64,000 nt of DNA from Thermoplasmata archaeon (GTDB taxonomy: Archaea > Thermoplasmatota > Thermoplasmata > RBG-16-68-12): positions 1 to 64,000 of the forward strand of contig DATETY010000008.1 in assembly GCA_035283365.1 (NCBI GenBank), in the 5' to 3' direction. Every line of letters starts with the position of its first letter. Position 1 is the stretch's first letter. Below are positions 9,566-19,409 of the stretch, in pieces. The translations under genes and the position numbers were made by a program. Below the pieces are notes generated by a model. It saw only the letters and a list, made by a program, of their open reading frames with translations. It made no database searches and was not told the DNA's origin.

Positions 9566-10024
9566 ATGACGGCGTCCGTGAAGCTCGACGAGCTCGACCT
9601 CGAGATCCTGAGGCTGCTCAACGCGGACGCGCGCAAGTCGTTCCGGGACATCGCGAAGGACGTGAAGGCGAGCATCTCGACCGTCTCGAACCGGATCCGG
9701 CGGCTCGAGGCGGAAGGCGTGGTCCTCGGCTACGCGCCCCTCATCGACGACGCGAAGCTCGGGTACGACGTCCTCGCGGTCGTCGGGGTGAAGATCCACA
9801 AGGGGAAGCTGCTCGACGTCCAGCGGCGGATTGCGCGGGACGACCGAGTGACCCACGTGTACGACATCACAGGAGAGTGGGACTCGATCGTCGTCGTCCG
9901 GCTCAAGAACACGCGGGAGCTCGATGGGTTCATCAAACGGCTCGGGTCCATGGAGTACGTCGAGAGCACGTACACCCAGGTCGTCCTGAACGTCGTGAAG
10001 GAGGAACGCCGGGTCGTCCTGTGA
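9566..10024 (+). CDS. lrp: Lrp/AsnC-family transcriptional regulator
   Basis: MTASVKLDELDLEILRLLNADARKSFRDIAKDVKASISTVSNRIRRLEAEGVV (HTH) plus a C-terminal RAM domain. Divergent from glnA. Confidence 0.85.
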   Translation: MTASVKLDELDLEILRLLNADARKSFRDIAKDVKASISTVSNRIRRLEAEGVVLGYAPLIDDAKLGYDVLAVVGVKIHKGKLLDVQRRIARDDRVTHVYDITGEWDSIVVVRLKNTRELDGFIKRLGSMEYVESTYTQVVLNVVKEERRVVL

Positions 10025-10084
10025 CGCGGTCCGGCTTTCCAACATAACGTTTATCCACGTTCCCCGGCTTATCCACGGATAAGG

Positions 10085-10627
10085 GTGGAGGGGACTGTGG
10101 GAGACCTCCTCAGCTTCAATCCGGATCGGGACCTCGCATTCGACTCGGACCGCGAGCTCGGGTTCGAGCCGAACCGCCCGCTCCTCTTCGATTCAGGGCG
10201 CTCCCTGAACTTCCTGCCGTCGCGCGACCTGGGGTTCGGCCGACGGGGCGTCGTGTTCCGCGGCTACGTGTGCCCGATCTGCGGCGCCCTGGCGACGGAG
10301 GACGCGCCGAAGTGCTCGGAGTGCGGGGCCGTGTTCGAGGCGCCTCCCCGGGCGCCGGGCCCGTCCGTGCCGACCGCAGCGGAACTGCCTGCGCCGCGGG
10401 CTCCCCGAGGGCCGGCCCCGACGTCCGCGGCGTCCCCAGGGTCCATCGAGGCTCGGACCTCCTCGACGGGCAAGTTCTGCGCGTTCTGCGGGGCGCGGCT
10501 CACCCCGGCGGACGGGTTCTGCTGGAACTGCGGGGCCCGCTCCGTGGGCCCGGCGGAGGCGGTCCGCCTCCCGGGCGCGAAGAAGAATCCCGTGACGCGC
10601 GAGTGGCGCGGCCCGGAGGAGCGGTGA
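10085..10627 (+). CDS. double zinc-ribbon protein
   Basis: Two CxxC...CxxC units (CPICGA...CSECGA; CAFCGA...CWNCGA). Low-complexity Pro/Ala linker. GTG start. Confidence 0.5.
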   Translation: MEGTVGDLLSFNPDRDLAFDSDRELGFEPNRPLLFDSGRSLNFLPSRDLGFGRRGVVFRGYVCPICGALATEDAPKCSECGAVFEAPPRAPGPSVPTAAELPAPRAPRGPAPTSAASPGSIEARTSSTGKFCAFCGARLTPADGFCWNCGARSVGPAEAVRLPGAKKNPVTREWRGPEER

Positions 10628-10631
10628 TCCG

Positions 10632-11174
10632 ATGGCGGTCGAGCTGTTTGGGGTCACGATGAGCGTCTACGCGCTCATCATGATCCTCTTCTTCATCTTC
10701 CTCCTCGCGGTCCTCATCCTCGGAGATGTGGGGGACTTCTTCGACATCGGGGGCGACCTGGACACGGACGTCGACACGGGTCTGAGCCCGATCAGCCTGC
10801 CCGTGGTCGGGGTGTTCGGCACGGCCTTCGGCGGGTACGGGACGATCTTCGAGGGCCTCGAGTACGGATCGCTCCTGACGCCACTCCTGGCGGCCGTCCT
10901 GGCGACTGCGACGGCCGGTGGTTCGTGGGCCCTCATGTACAACTTCTTCGTGAAGACGCAGGCGGAGACCCGCGTCGACCTAGCCCGCGTCGTCGGCGAG
11001 CGAGGGCAGGTGCTCATCCCGATTCAGCCGGGCCATGCCGGCCAGATCGTCGTCGTCACGGAGGCCCGAGGGAGGACCCTCCTGCAGGCCGTCGCGGACG
11101 AACCGATCGGGACGGACGAGGCCATCGTGGTCGATTCGATCGTTGGAGATTCGGTGAAAGTTCGGAAAGCGTGA
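10632..11174 (+). CDS. NfeD-like membrane protein (short form, OB-fold C-terminus)
   Basis: N-terminal TM helices, then GQIVVVTEARGRTLLQAVADEPIGTDEAIVVDSIVGDSVKV. Immediately upstream of a flotillin gene, which is the usual operon partner. Confidence 0.7.
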   Translation: MAVELFGVTMSVYALIMILFFIFLLAVLILGDVGDFFDIGGDLDTDVDTGLSPISLPVVGVFGTAFGGYGTIFEGLEYGSLLTPLLAAVLATATAGGSWALMYNFFVKTQAETRVDLARVVGERGQVLIPIQPGHAGQIVVVTEARGRTLLQAVADEPIGTDEAIVVDSIVGDSVKVRKA

Positions 11175-11186
11175 GGGGGGAGTGCA

Positions 11187-12668
11187 ATGGCCGAAGTATT
11201 CGGAATGGACACGGGTGTCGTCGTATTGGTGATCTTCGCCGTGGTCTTCATCGCGATCGGAATCGCGGCGAGCCGCTACAAGAAGGTGCCGCCGAACATG
11301 GCGATGGTCGTGTACGGGAAGCGCCAGCGCGGCACGGGAGGTCGCGGCTACCGGGTCATCTCGGGAGGCGCGAAGGTGATCGTCCCGATCGTCGAGGCGG
11401 TCGAGTGGCTCCGGCTCGACGTGCGGACCCTGGACCTGGCGGTCCCGGACATCGTGACGGACGTGAAGCGGTCCGGCGCGAAGATCAACATCAAGGCGGT
11501 CGCGCAGGTCAAAGTGTCCTCGGACGAGGCGACCCTGAACACGGCGGCCGAGAACCTGCTCGGGAAGACGGAGCAGGCGGTCAACGAGATCGCCCTGAAG
11601 ACCCTCGAGGGCCACGTCCGTGGCGTGTGCGCGACTCTCACGGTCGAGGAGGTCAACAGCGACCGCGACGCGATCGCGTCGAAGATCCTCGGGATGGCGG
11701 GGAACGATCTGCGGAACATGGGGATCGACATCCGGTCGTTCGTGATCAAGGAGATCGAGGACGCGCAGGGCTACCTGAATGCCCTCGGGGTGAAGCGGAC
11801 CGAGGAGGTCAAGCGGGACGCGCGCATGGGCAAGGCGGACGCGAACCGGGCCGCGACGATCGCGGAGGCCCAGGCGGCCCAGCAGGCGGAGAAGGCGAAC
11901 GCGGAAGCCGAGGCCGCCGTCGCGGTGTACCACCGGGACCGGGACATCATCAAGCAGCAGTCCGAGACCCAGGTCGAGCTCGAGCGAGCGAACAGGGAGA
12001 TCGCGTTCCAGCTACAGACCGCGAAGCGCCAGCAAGAGCTCATCGTGGAGCAGAAGAAGATCGACATCCGCGCGAAGGAGCAGGAGGTCCTCGTCCAACA
12101 GCAGGAGGTCCGGCGCCGGGAGCAGGAGCAAATCGCGGCCCAGGTCGTCCCAGCGAAGACCCAGGCGGACGCGATGGCCCAGCTTGCGGACGGGGAGAAG
12201 CGGAAGCTCATCCTCACCGCGGAAGGAGAGAAGGAACGCGCGATCCTCGTCGCGGAGGGCGAGCGGGAGAGGCTCGCGCGGACCGCGATGGGCGAGGCCG
12301 AGCGGATCCGCCAGGAAGGCACCGCGGAAGCCGACGTGATCCGGCTCAAGGGCGAGTCCGAGGCGTACGCGATCAAGGCGAAGGGGCTCGCGGAGGCTGA
12401 GGCGATGCGGGCGAAGGCCCTCGCGTGGGAGCAGTACGGCAAGGCGGCCGTCACGCAGCTCATCGTCGAGAAGCTCCCGGAGATCGTCGCGAACGCGGCG
12501 AGGTCCCTCGAATCGACCCAGAAGCTCATCATCATGGGCGAACGGGGGCCGTCCCAGCTCGTCGGGAGCGTCGTGGACATCGCGGCGACGGCGCCCGCCC
12601 TCGTGAAGGCCCTCACGGGGATGGACCTGTCCGAGCTCGCGGGGAAGCTGAAGGACATCTCGAAGTGA
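11187..12668 (+). CDS. flotillin-like SPFH/Band-7 protein
   Basis: N-terminal TM, SPFH domain, long Ala/Glu/Gln-rich coiled-coil region (AQAAQQAEKANAEAEAAVAVYHRDRDIIKQQSETQVELERANREIAFQ). Confidence 0.85.
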   Translation: MAEVFGMDTGVVVLVIFAVVFIAIGIAASRYKKVPPNMAMVVYGKRQRGTGGRGYRVISGGAKVIVPIVEAVEWLRLDVRTLDLAVPDIVTDVKRSGAKINIKAVAQVKVSSDEATLNTAAENLLGKTEQAVNEIALKTLEGHVRGVCATLTVEEVNSDRDAIASKILGMAGNDLRNMGIDIRSFVIKEIEDAQGYLNALGVKRTEEVKRDARMGKADANRAATIAEAQAAQQAEKANAEAEAAVAVYHRDRDIIKQQSETQVELERANREIAFQLQTAKRQQELIVEQKKIDIRAKEQEVLVQQQEVRRREQEQIAAQVVPAKTQADAMAQLADGEKRKLILTAEGEKERAILVAEGERERLARTAMGEAERIRQEGTAEADVIRLKGESEAYAIKAKGLAEAEAMRAKALAWEQYGKAAVTQLIVEKLPEIVANAARSLESTQKLIIMGERGPSQLVGSVVDIAATAPALVKALTGMDLSELAGKLKDISK

Positions 12669-12839
12669 GGCGGTGGCGGGCCCCGAGGTCGGGTGGTCCG
12701 ACGGGAAGGACCCCGACCTCCTCATCGACGTGTGGTCGACCGCGGCGCTGCTCGAGGCCGTGATCGCGGCCCTGCTCGAGGAGCCGGAGAACCTGAGGCG
12801 CGCCCTCGAGGTCCTCTCGCGTGGCCCGCCCGGAGGCGG

Positions 12840-13076
12840 CTAGAGATTCATCACGACGACGTCGCGCACGGACCGCATCCCCTGGAAGGGCAGCACGAGG
12901 CGACCCTGCGGGTCCACCTTGAAGCTCTTCGCGGAGACGTTCTCTGCCGGCATCACGAGGACGTCGGAGAGGCGGCCGTTTTTCGTGTCGACGATGAAGT
13001 TCTCGATCGTCCCGAGGATCGCGCCGTCGTTCGTCATCACGGTCTTGCCTCGGAGTTCGGTGGCAAACTTCTTCAT
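12840..13076 (-). CDS. PRC-barrel domain protein
   Basis: 78 aa. MKKFATELRGKTVMTNDGAILGTIENFIVDTKNGRLSDVLV matches the small archaeal PRC-barrel pattern. Confidence 0.65.
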   Translation of the reverse strand: MKKFATELRGKTVMTNDGAILGTIENFIVDTKNGRLSDVLVMPAENVSAKSFKVDPQGRLVLPFQGMRSVRDVVVMNL

Positions 13077-13198
13077 CCCATCACCTGCGTCGGTGTGGGC
13101 CCTTCGCGGCCCCGCCGCGTCGGGATCCCATCCCTTCGTCCGACAGACATCTGACGCGCGCTATATGAACGTTCCGAAGGACGCTACGGACCCGCCGC

Positions 13199-15430
13199 TC
13201 AGCGGTAGTACTGGAGGGGCTCCTCCTTCTTCCGGCGCACGGCGCCCCGCTCGAGGCGCTTCCCGACCTCCTCGTAGAACTTGACCGTGTCCTCGTCGAG
13301 GCTCGGCCGGACCGACTTCAGGGCCTCCTGGAAGTGGGTCATGGAGACCTTCTTCGCCTTCCGGTTCTCGCGCAGGGCGATCATCGCGGCCTCCCGGCAC
13401 AGCCCTTCGATGTCTGCCCCCGTGTAGCCGTCCAGCTCGACCGCGAGTTCCTCGAGGTCGACCCCGTCGAGGGGCATCGTCTTCGTGTGGACCTTCAGGA
13501 TCTCGAGGCGGGCCGCCTTGTCCGGGGCCGGCACGAGGAGGATCCGGTCGAAACGGCCCGACCGCAGCAGGGCCGGGTCGATCATGTCGGGCCGGTTCGT
13601 CGCCCCGATCACGACGACCCCCTCGAGGGACTCGAGGCCGTCCATCGACGTGAGGAGCTGGTTCACGACGCGCTCGCTGACGCCGCTGTCGTTGTCCATC
13701 CCGCGGCGGTGCGCGATCGCATCGAGCTCGTCGAGGAACACGATGCACGGCGCGACCTGTTTGGCCTTCTTGAAGATCATCCGGACGGCCTTCTCGGACT
13801 CCCCGACCCACTTGGACATGACCTCGGGGCCCTTGATCGAGATGAAGTTCGCCTCGGACTCCGTCGCCACGGCCTTCGCGAGGAGCGTCTTCCCGGACCC
13901 GGGCGGGCCGGAGAGGAGGATCCCGCGAGGCGGTCGAATCCCCATCCGCTGGAACGACTCGGGGTCCTTGAGAGGCATCTCGACGGCCTCGCGCATCTTG
14001 AGCTTGATGTCCTCGAGCCCGCCCACGTCCGTCCAGGCGACGCGGGGGATCTCCACGAGGACCTCGCGCATCGCGCTCGGCTCGACTTCCTTGAGGGCCT
14101 GCTTGAAGTCGTCCGGGGTGACCCGCATCTTCTCGAGCGTCTCGGGCGGGATCGGCTTCTCGAGGTCGAGCTCGGGCAGGTGTCGCCGGAGGGTCTTCAT
14201 CGCGGCCTCCCGGGCCAGGGCGGCGAGGTCGGCCCCAACGAAGCCGTGGGTCACGTTCGCGAGATAGGCGAGGAGGGCCGCGCGGTCCTCCTCCGCGCCC
14301 TCGATGGGCATTCCGCGGGTGTGGATGAGGAGGATCTCCTCGCGCCCGTCGCGGTCCGGCACTCCGATCTCGATCTCCCGGTCGAACCGGCCGGGCCGGC
14401 GGAGGGCCGGATCGATCGCCTCATCCCGGTTCGTCGCGCCGATCACGATGACTTGACCGCGGCCCGACAGCCCGTCCATCAGGGTGAGGAGCTGGGCGAC
14501 CACGCGGCGTTCGACCTCGCCGGTCACCTCCTCGCGCTTCGGAGCGATCGAGTCGAGTTCGTCGATGAACAGGACGGACGGGGCGTTCTTCTGCGCCTCC
14601 TCGAACTTCTCGCGCAGCCGCTCCTCGCTCTGCCCGTAGTACTTGGACATGATCTCCGGGCCCTGGATCGAATAGAAGTTCGCCCCCGCCTCGTTCGCGA
14701 CGGCCTTCGCGATCAGGGTCTTGCCCGTCCCGGGCGGGCCGTACAGGAGGACCCCTTTGGGCGGGTCGATGCCGAGCCGCTCGAACAGCTCCGCGTGCTT
14801 GAGGGGGAGCTCGATCATCTCGCGGACCTTCATGAGCTCCTCCTTGAGACCGCCGATGTCCTCGTACGTGACCGTCGGCGTGAGGACCTCGCCCTCCCGG
14901 ACGGGCTCCTCCTTCATCTCGATGATCGAGTCGTCATGGATCTGGACGATCCCCTTCGGCTGGGTCTTGATGACCATGAACGGGAGCGCGCCGCCCATGA
15001 GGGCGATCCCGGGCACGATCACGACGTCGCCCTTGTTCACGGGGCGCTTCAGGAGCCCCCGCTTCACGAAATTCTCGATCCCCTGGCCGAACGAAATCTT
15101 GTGCCCCTCGCTGATGATCGGCGCGATCGTCACGCGCTCCGCGGGGAACACCTCCGCCTTGCGGACCTCGACCTTGTCCCCCAGGCTCACGCCCACGTTG
15201 CGGCGGACGAGGCCGTCGATCCGGATGATCCCCTTCCCCTCATCCTCCTGCATCACGCGGAACAGCTTCGCGGCCGTGGACTTCTTCCCGACGATCTCGA
15301 TGATCTCGCCTACGTCGACGCCTAGGGCGACCCGCGTCTTCGTGTCGACGCGCGCGCGGCCGAGCCCCACATCGGACTGCGGCGCTTCCGCGACGCGCAA
15401 AACGACCCTCTCGGGCACGAGGGCTTTCAA
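13199..15430 (-). CDS. cdc48: Cdc48/VCP-type AAA+ ATPase (two AAA domains)
   Basis: Cdc48 N-domain [36 protein letters not shown]. Two Walker A motifs GPPGTGKT and [11 protein letters not shown] regions. Start is TTG at 15430 or GTG at 15418. Confidence 0.9.
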   Translation of the reverse strand: MKALVPERVVLRVAEAPQSDVGLGRARVDTKTRVALGVDVGEIIEIVGKKSTAAKLFRVMQEDEGKGIIRIDGLVRRNVGVSLGDKVEVRKAEVFPAERVTIAPIISEGHKISFGQGIENFVKRGLLKRPVNKGDVVIVPGIALMGGALPFMVIKTQPKGIVQIHDDSIIEMKEEPVREGEVLTPTVTYEDIGGLKEELMKVREMIELPLKHAELFERLGIDPPKGVLLYGPPGTGKTLIAKAVANEAGANFYSIQGPEIMSKYYGQSEERLREKFEEAQKNAPSVLFIDELDSIAPKREEVTGEVERRVVAQLLTLMDGLSGRGQVIVIGATNRDEAIDPALRRPGRFDREIEIGVPDRDGREEILLIHTRGMPIEGAEEDRAALLAYLANVTHGFVGADLAALAREAAMKTLRRHLPELDLEKPIPPETLEKMRVTPDDFKQALKEVEPSAMREVLVEIPRVAWTDVGGLEDIKLKMREAVEMPLKDPESFQRMGIRPPRGILLSGPPGSGKTLLAKAVATESEANFISIKGPEVMSKWVGESEKAVRMIFKKAKQVAPCIVFLDELDAIAHRRGMDNDSGVSERVVNQLLTSMDGLESLEGVVVIGATNRPDMIDPALLRSGRFDRILLVPAPDKAARLEILKVHTKTMPLDGVDLEELAVELDGYTGADIEGLCREAAMIALRENRKAKKVSMTHFQEALKSVRPSLDEDTVKFYEEVGKRLERGAVRRKKEEPLQYYR

Positions 15431-15504
15431 GCCCGCGGGCTTATATCAAGCTTATGGGGCGAAATCGTCCAGCGAGAATCGGGACCGCGGGCGCGATGGA
15501 GGCC

Positions 15505-16416
15505 TCACTCGGCCGCGACGTGCCGCTCCTTGACCTCGCTCGACTCGTGCACGACGAGCTCCCGGGCCTCGACGACCCCGATCCGGCAGTGGGGCCCGAT
15601 GTGGACGCTGTCGCCCTTCACGAAGGACGCGGCCGTGCCTTCCAGGCGGATCTCCTCGGCTTCGATGCGCTCCGCGGTGAGGTCCCCGCGGGAGCGGATG
15701 AAGCCGCCCGTGCTTCGCACCTGGACCTGCTCCGCCTTCACGTTCTGCAAGACGGAGCTCCCGCTCATCTCGATGAGGACCTCCTCCGCGGTGAGCTCCC
15801 CGTCGATCCGCGCGGTCCCGGACGCATGGAACGTCTCCGCCTTCAGGTGGCCCGCGACGCGCAGGCTCCCGCTCGTCACGACGTCCTCCGCGTCCACGCT
15901 GCCATCGACTTGGAACGAGCCGCTCGCCTCCACGTGCTCCGCGCGCAGGTCCCCGGCGATCCGGACGGACCCCGAGCTGCGGAACTCCTCGACGCGCACG
16001 TTCCCGTCGAACGTGCAGGACCCCGCGATCTTCGCTACCTCCGCCTCGAGGTCGCCCTGGACCTTCGCGCTCCCGGCGGCCTTGAACTCCCGCGTCCGCA
16101 CGGGCTGGCCCGACACGACACCGGAGCCCGCGATCTTGATCGCGTCCTCGCTCAGCCGCACGCCCATCCCGCTGAAGTCGACCGCGCGCATCGCGTCGCC
16201 CGCGGCCCGCACGGCCTCCTGGGCGACCCTCGTGGCCTCCTCGGCCACCCGAGAGACCGCGTCTCCGATCGACGCGTCGATGGCGGGCCCCGTCGCGGCC
16301 TCGCCCTCGTCGGGCTCCGCCTCGTAACGAGCCTTGATGTCGAGGTACGTCTTCTCGGAAATCTCGCCCCGCGCGAGGCGCTCCTCGAGCCGGCTCAGGA
16401 TGTCCGCTCGCTTCAT
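15505..16416 (-). CDS. bactofilin-like (polymer-forming cytoskeletal) protein with an N-terminal SHOCT-like helix
   Basis: N-terminus MKRADILSRLEERLARGEISEKTYLDIKARYE (SHOCT-like). Then Gly-rich repeating beta-strand units (IAGSGVVSGQ, VQGDLEAEV, IAGSCTFDGNV, VRIAGDLRAEHVEASGSFQVDGSV...) typical of a bactofilin/DUF583 beta-helix. Confidence 0.55.
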   Translation of the reverse strand: MKRADILSRLEERLARGEISEKTYLDIKARYEAEPDEGEAATGPAIDASIGDAVSRVAEEATRVAQEAVRAAGDAMRAVDFSGMGVRLSEDAIKIAGSGVVSGQPVRTREFKAAGSAKVQGDLEAEVAKIAGSCTFDGNVRVEEFRSSGSVRIAGDLRAEHVEASGSFQVDGSVDAEDVVTSGSLRVAGHLKAETFHASGTARIDGELTAEEVLIEMSGSSVLQNVKAEQVQVRSTGGFIRSRGDLTAERIEAEEIRLEGTAASFVKGDSVHIGPHCRIGVVEARELVVHESSEVKERHVAAE

Positions 16417-16748
16417 CGGTTGAGCCCCATGAAGTGCATCGCCGGATAAGCCATTTCCCTCGGGAAGACCACGACGAGGGGCGCCGGGGCCGATCCTCGA
16501 GGCGCGCCGTCCCGTGGCCGCTCGCCGCCGTTCCGGATCCCGAGCAGGACGCTCAGGATCCCCGCCGTGTCAGCCGACTTGTGCCGGAACATGATGCGAT
16601 CGAACGACGCGCGGGTATATGTCCGAGCCTCGCGGGCCCGAGGAAAAGCCTCCGCCTCTCGACGGATATCTTCTCCCTGCGGGGAGACGACCCACGCCGC
16701 CCGGGGGAAGAACGTTGAAGTAGAGCGACGCGGCATCCGGCCCGCGGA

Positions 16749-17162
16749 ATGGGCGAGCCGCTCGAGCTCATCCGCATCGCGTCCTCGGAGACGCGGCGGC
16801 TCATCCTGAGGCTCCTCCAGCGGGGGTTCGACCACCCGGAGGACCTCGCGAAGAAACTCAAGATCCGGCGCACCTCCGTGGACAAGCAGCTCGTCGAGCT
16901 GTTCCAGTGGGGCCTCGTGGACCGCGCGGCCATCTTCCCGCCGACGGGCCGACCGAGGATCGTGTACCAGGTGACACAACGAGGGCGGGACCTCCTCGAC
17001 CTCCTCGAGCGGGTCGTGAAGGAGTACTCGGGTGCGTTCCGCGCGGATTTCGAGCGGGAGCTCCAGGCCCTCGAATCGCAGCTCGCGGCGGGCGAGATCG
17101 CGGAGGAGATGTACTTTCGGCGGCGGAAGGAGCTCGAGAAGCGGTACGAGGTCCTCCTATGA
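16749..17162 (+). CDS. winged-helix transcriptional regulator with a C-terminal SHOCT-like motif
   Basis: HTH ETRRLILRLLQRGFDHPEDLAKKLKIRRTSVDKQLVELFQWGLV. C-terminus AAGEIAEEMYFRRRKELEKRYEVLL. Divergent from the bactofilin-like gene. Confidence 0.6.
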   Translation: MGEPLELIRIASSETRRLILRLLQRGFDHPEDLAKKLKIRRTSVDKQLVELFQWGLVDRAAIFPPTGRPRIVYQVTQRGRDLLDLLERVVKEYSGAFRADFERELQALESQLAAGEIAEEMYFRRRKELEKRYEVLL

Positions 17163-17909
17163 CCGTCGGCCGCGGCGTCGATGGCGGTCGATCGCCTCCT
17201 CGAGGGAGACCTCGCCCCGCGCGACCGCGGACGCGAGATCCGAGGAGATCGTGACGCGGCCTCCGCTGTCGAGCCGGGAGCGCCGCTGGATCTCGCGGAG
17301 CTCGCCCGGCGTGGGCCGGACCTCGAAGGGAGGGACCGCGGGGATGCCCGGGGTCCGGGCGATCACGATCGCCGCGTCCACGTCGGGTTGAGGAGTCCGG
17401 TGGGTCGTGCCCGCCTCGTCGACGATCTCGACGCGTACGGGCTCCCGCCCGAGCGCGTTCAGGATCCGGTTCCGGTTCGTCGGGTCGCCGTGGCCCACGC
17501 GGACCCGGACGACCTTCGCCGGGAACGTCCGGACGGCCTGGCGGACGTAATGGGCGACGGCCTCCGGGCTCGGGGCGAGCCGCGTGTCGATCACCTCCCC
17601 GTCGCCGATCACCGCGAATCCGGGTTCCCGCCCCGGATCGACCCCGACGAGGAGCTCGCGCCACTCCCGCTTCCCCTTGAGGAGCTGGAGGGCCTTCGCG
17701 ATCGAACTGTCCAGGTCGTCCACGGCCACGACGGCCTTCGAGCGGATCCGGGGCGCCTCGGAAAGCGACGTGAGGACGGCCCCGACCTCCTCGGGGATGC
17801 GTTTCGCGAAGGAGAGGCTCACGAACGGGATGTCGCGGGCCTTCAGGTTCGCGACGAGGTCGTGATAGAGCCGGAAATCCTCCGTCAGGAGGCCGATCAC
17901 CCGGCGCAT
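17157..17909 (-). CDS. hypothetical protein, possibly an RNase-H-fold nuclease (DUF460/COG2410-like)
   Basis: ATG at 17909. Segment LLVGVDPGREPGFAVIGDGEVIDTRL resembles the first strand of RuvC/YqgF-like folds. The assignment is tentative. Confidence 0.35.
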   Translation of the reverse strand: MRRVIGLLTEDFRLYHDLVANLKARDIPFVSLSFAKRIPEEVGAVLTSLSEAPRIRSKAVVAVDDLDSSIAKALQLLKGKREWRELLVGVDPGREPGFAVIGDGEVIDTRLAPSPEAVAHYVRQAVRTFPAKVVRVRVGHGDPTNRNRILNALGREPVRVEIVDEAGTTHRTPQPDVDAAIVIARTPGIPAVPPFEVRPTPGELREIQRRSRLDSGGRVTISSDLASAVARGEVSLEEAIDRHRRRGRRS

Positions 17910-18075
17910 CGGGCCCCCAAGGCGGCTCGCAACTGATAATCTTTGGTCACGGACCGCGGCGGGCGCGTTTTCAGAAATGATTCACATTGCTGATTTCCGT
18001 GCCGGAAGCGATTCATATGCAAGACGCCGCATCGTCCTCAAAGGGGTCGGGCGTTTGCAAGCGCAAGTCACTCCG

Positions 18076-18222
18076 ATGCAGAATCCGGCCGTGCCGGATC
18101 TCGACGCGAAAGGGCTGCTCCTCCGGGATGCGTTGGCGATCCTCACGGTCGTCGGCGCGCTCGCGGCGTTCTACGGGATCATCAAGCTCGTCTCGTACCT
18201 CTCCGGCATCCCGTTCCCCTAG
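18076..18222 (+). CDS. possible small membrane peptide (48 aa)
   Basis: [48 protein letters not shown]. One TM helix. Lies in a lower-GC intergenic region next to the dnaJ 3-prime end. Weak call. Confidence 0.25.
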   Translation: MQNPAVPDLDAKGLLLRDALAILTVVGALAAFYGIIKLVSYLSGIPFP

Positions 18223-19379
18223 CGGGACCGGAACCGGTCGAACAAGCGCCCTGCATCGCCCCCGAGTTCTCGGAGCCGTTCGAGGAGCCGCTGTTCCTCC
18301 GCGCTCAGTTTCGTCGGCGTGACGACGATCGCCCGCACGAGCTGGTCGCCTCGGCCCGTGCCGCGGAACCGGGGGAGCCCCTTGCCCCGCATCCGCAGGA
18401 GCGTGTGGGTCTGCGTGCCCGCGGGGATCCGGAGCCGGGCGGGGCCGTCCAGGGTCGGCACCTCGACGTCCGTTCCGAGCGCGGCCTGCGGGAGCGTGAC
18501 GGGCAGCTCCACGACCACGTCGTCGCCCTCCCGGTGGAACGTCGGGTCCTCCTGGACCCGCACGACGACGAACAGGTCGCCCGCGGGCCCTCCGGACCGT
18601 CCCGCCTCGCCCCGGCCCGGGACCCGGAGCTGGAGGCCGTCCGGCGCCCCCGCGGGGATGTCCACCGTGATCGTCCGCTCCTCCGCGATGCTCCCACGGC
18701 CCCCGCAGCGACGGCACGGCGTCTCCGGCCACTGGCCCCGCCCGCCGCACTTCGGGCACGTCGTGATCGTGATGAACTGGCTGTACCCGCGGCGCTGGGC
18801 GCTGCTCACCTGGCCCCGGCCCGAGCACGCGGAGCAGGTGGAGAGGCGACCCCCCTCGGCGCCCGAGCCGCCGCACGCGGCGCACGAGGAGGGATGGTGC
18901 AGCGTGATGGGTTTGCGCGTCCCGCGGGCGACCTCGGGGAGGGTCACGTCCACGACGATCTGCAGGTCCCGACCCGCCGACGGACCGCGCGGCCGGCGGA
19001 CCCCGCCCCCGAAGAAGTCCTCGAACAGGCTCCCGCCGACCCCGACCCGGCCGAAGAACGACTCGAAAAAGTCCCGCCCGAAGATGTCCTCCACGTCTCC
19101 GTAGTGGGTGAAGCGGGACCAGTCGAAACCCTGACCGCCCCACACCTTCTGCTTGAGGCCCTCCGCGCCGAACTGGTCGTAGATCCGGCGCTTCTCGTCA
19201 TCCACGAGGACCTCGTACGCCTCGGAGACGCGCTTGAACCGCTCCTCCGCGGCCTTCGGGTCGTCCTTGTTGAGATCCGGATGGTACTTCTTCGCGAGCC
19301 GCCGGTACGCCCGCTTGATCGCGTCCTTCGGGGCGTCCCGGGGGATTCCGAGGATCTGGTAGTAGTCCGGCTCGCCCAT
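18219..19379 (-). CDS. dnaJ: molecular chaperone DnaJ
   Basis: J-domain [37 protein letters not shown]. Gly/Phe region. Four CxxCxGxG zinc-finger repeats. ATG at 19379. Confidence 0.9.
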   Translation of the reverse strand: MGEPDYYQILGIPRDAPKDAIKRAYRRLAKKYHPDLNKDDPKAAEERFKRVSEAYEVLVDDEKRRIYDQFGAEGLKQKVWGGQGFDWSRFTHYGDVEDIFGRDFFESFFGRVGVGGSLFEDFFGGGVRRPRGPSAGRDLQIVVDVTLPEVARGTRKPITLHHPSSCAACGGSGAEGGRLSTCSACSGRGQVSSAQRRGYSQFITITTCPKCGGRGQWPETPCRRCGGRGSIAEERTITVDIPAGAPDGLQLRVPGRGEAGRSGGPAGDLFVVVRVQEDPTFHREGDDVVVELPVTLPQAALGTDVEVPTLDGPARLRIPAGTQTHTLLRMRGKGLPRFRGTGRGDQLVRAIVVTPTKLSAEEQRLLERLRELGGDAGRLFDRFRSR

Positions 19380-19409
19380 ACCGCGTTCTTCCGCCCACAT
19401 GGCCCGCGC

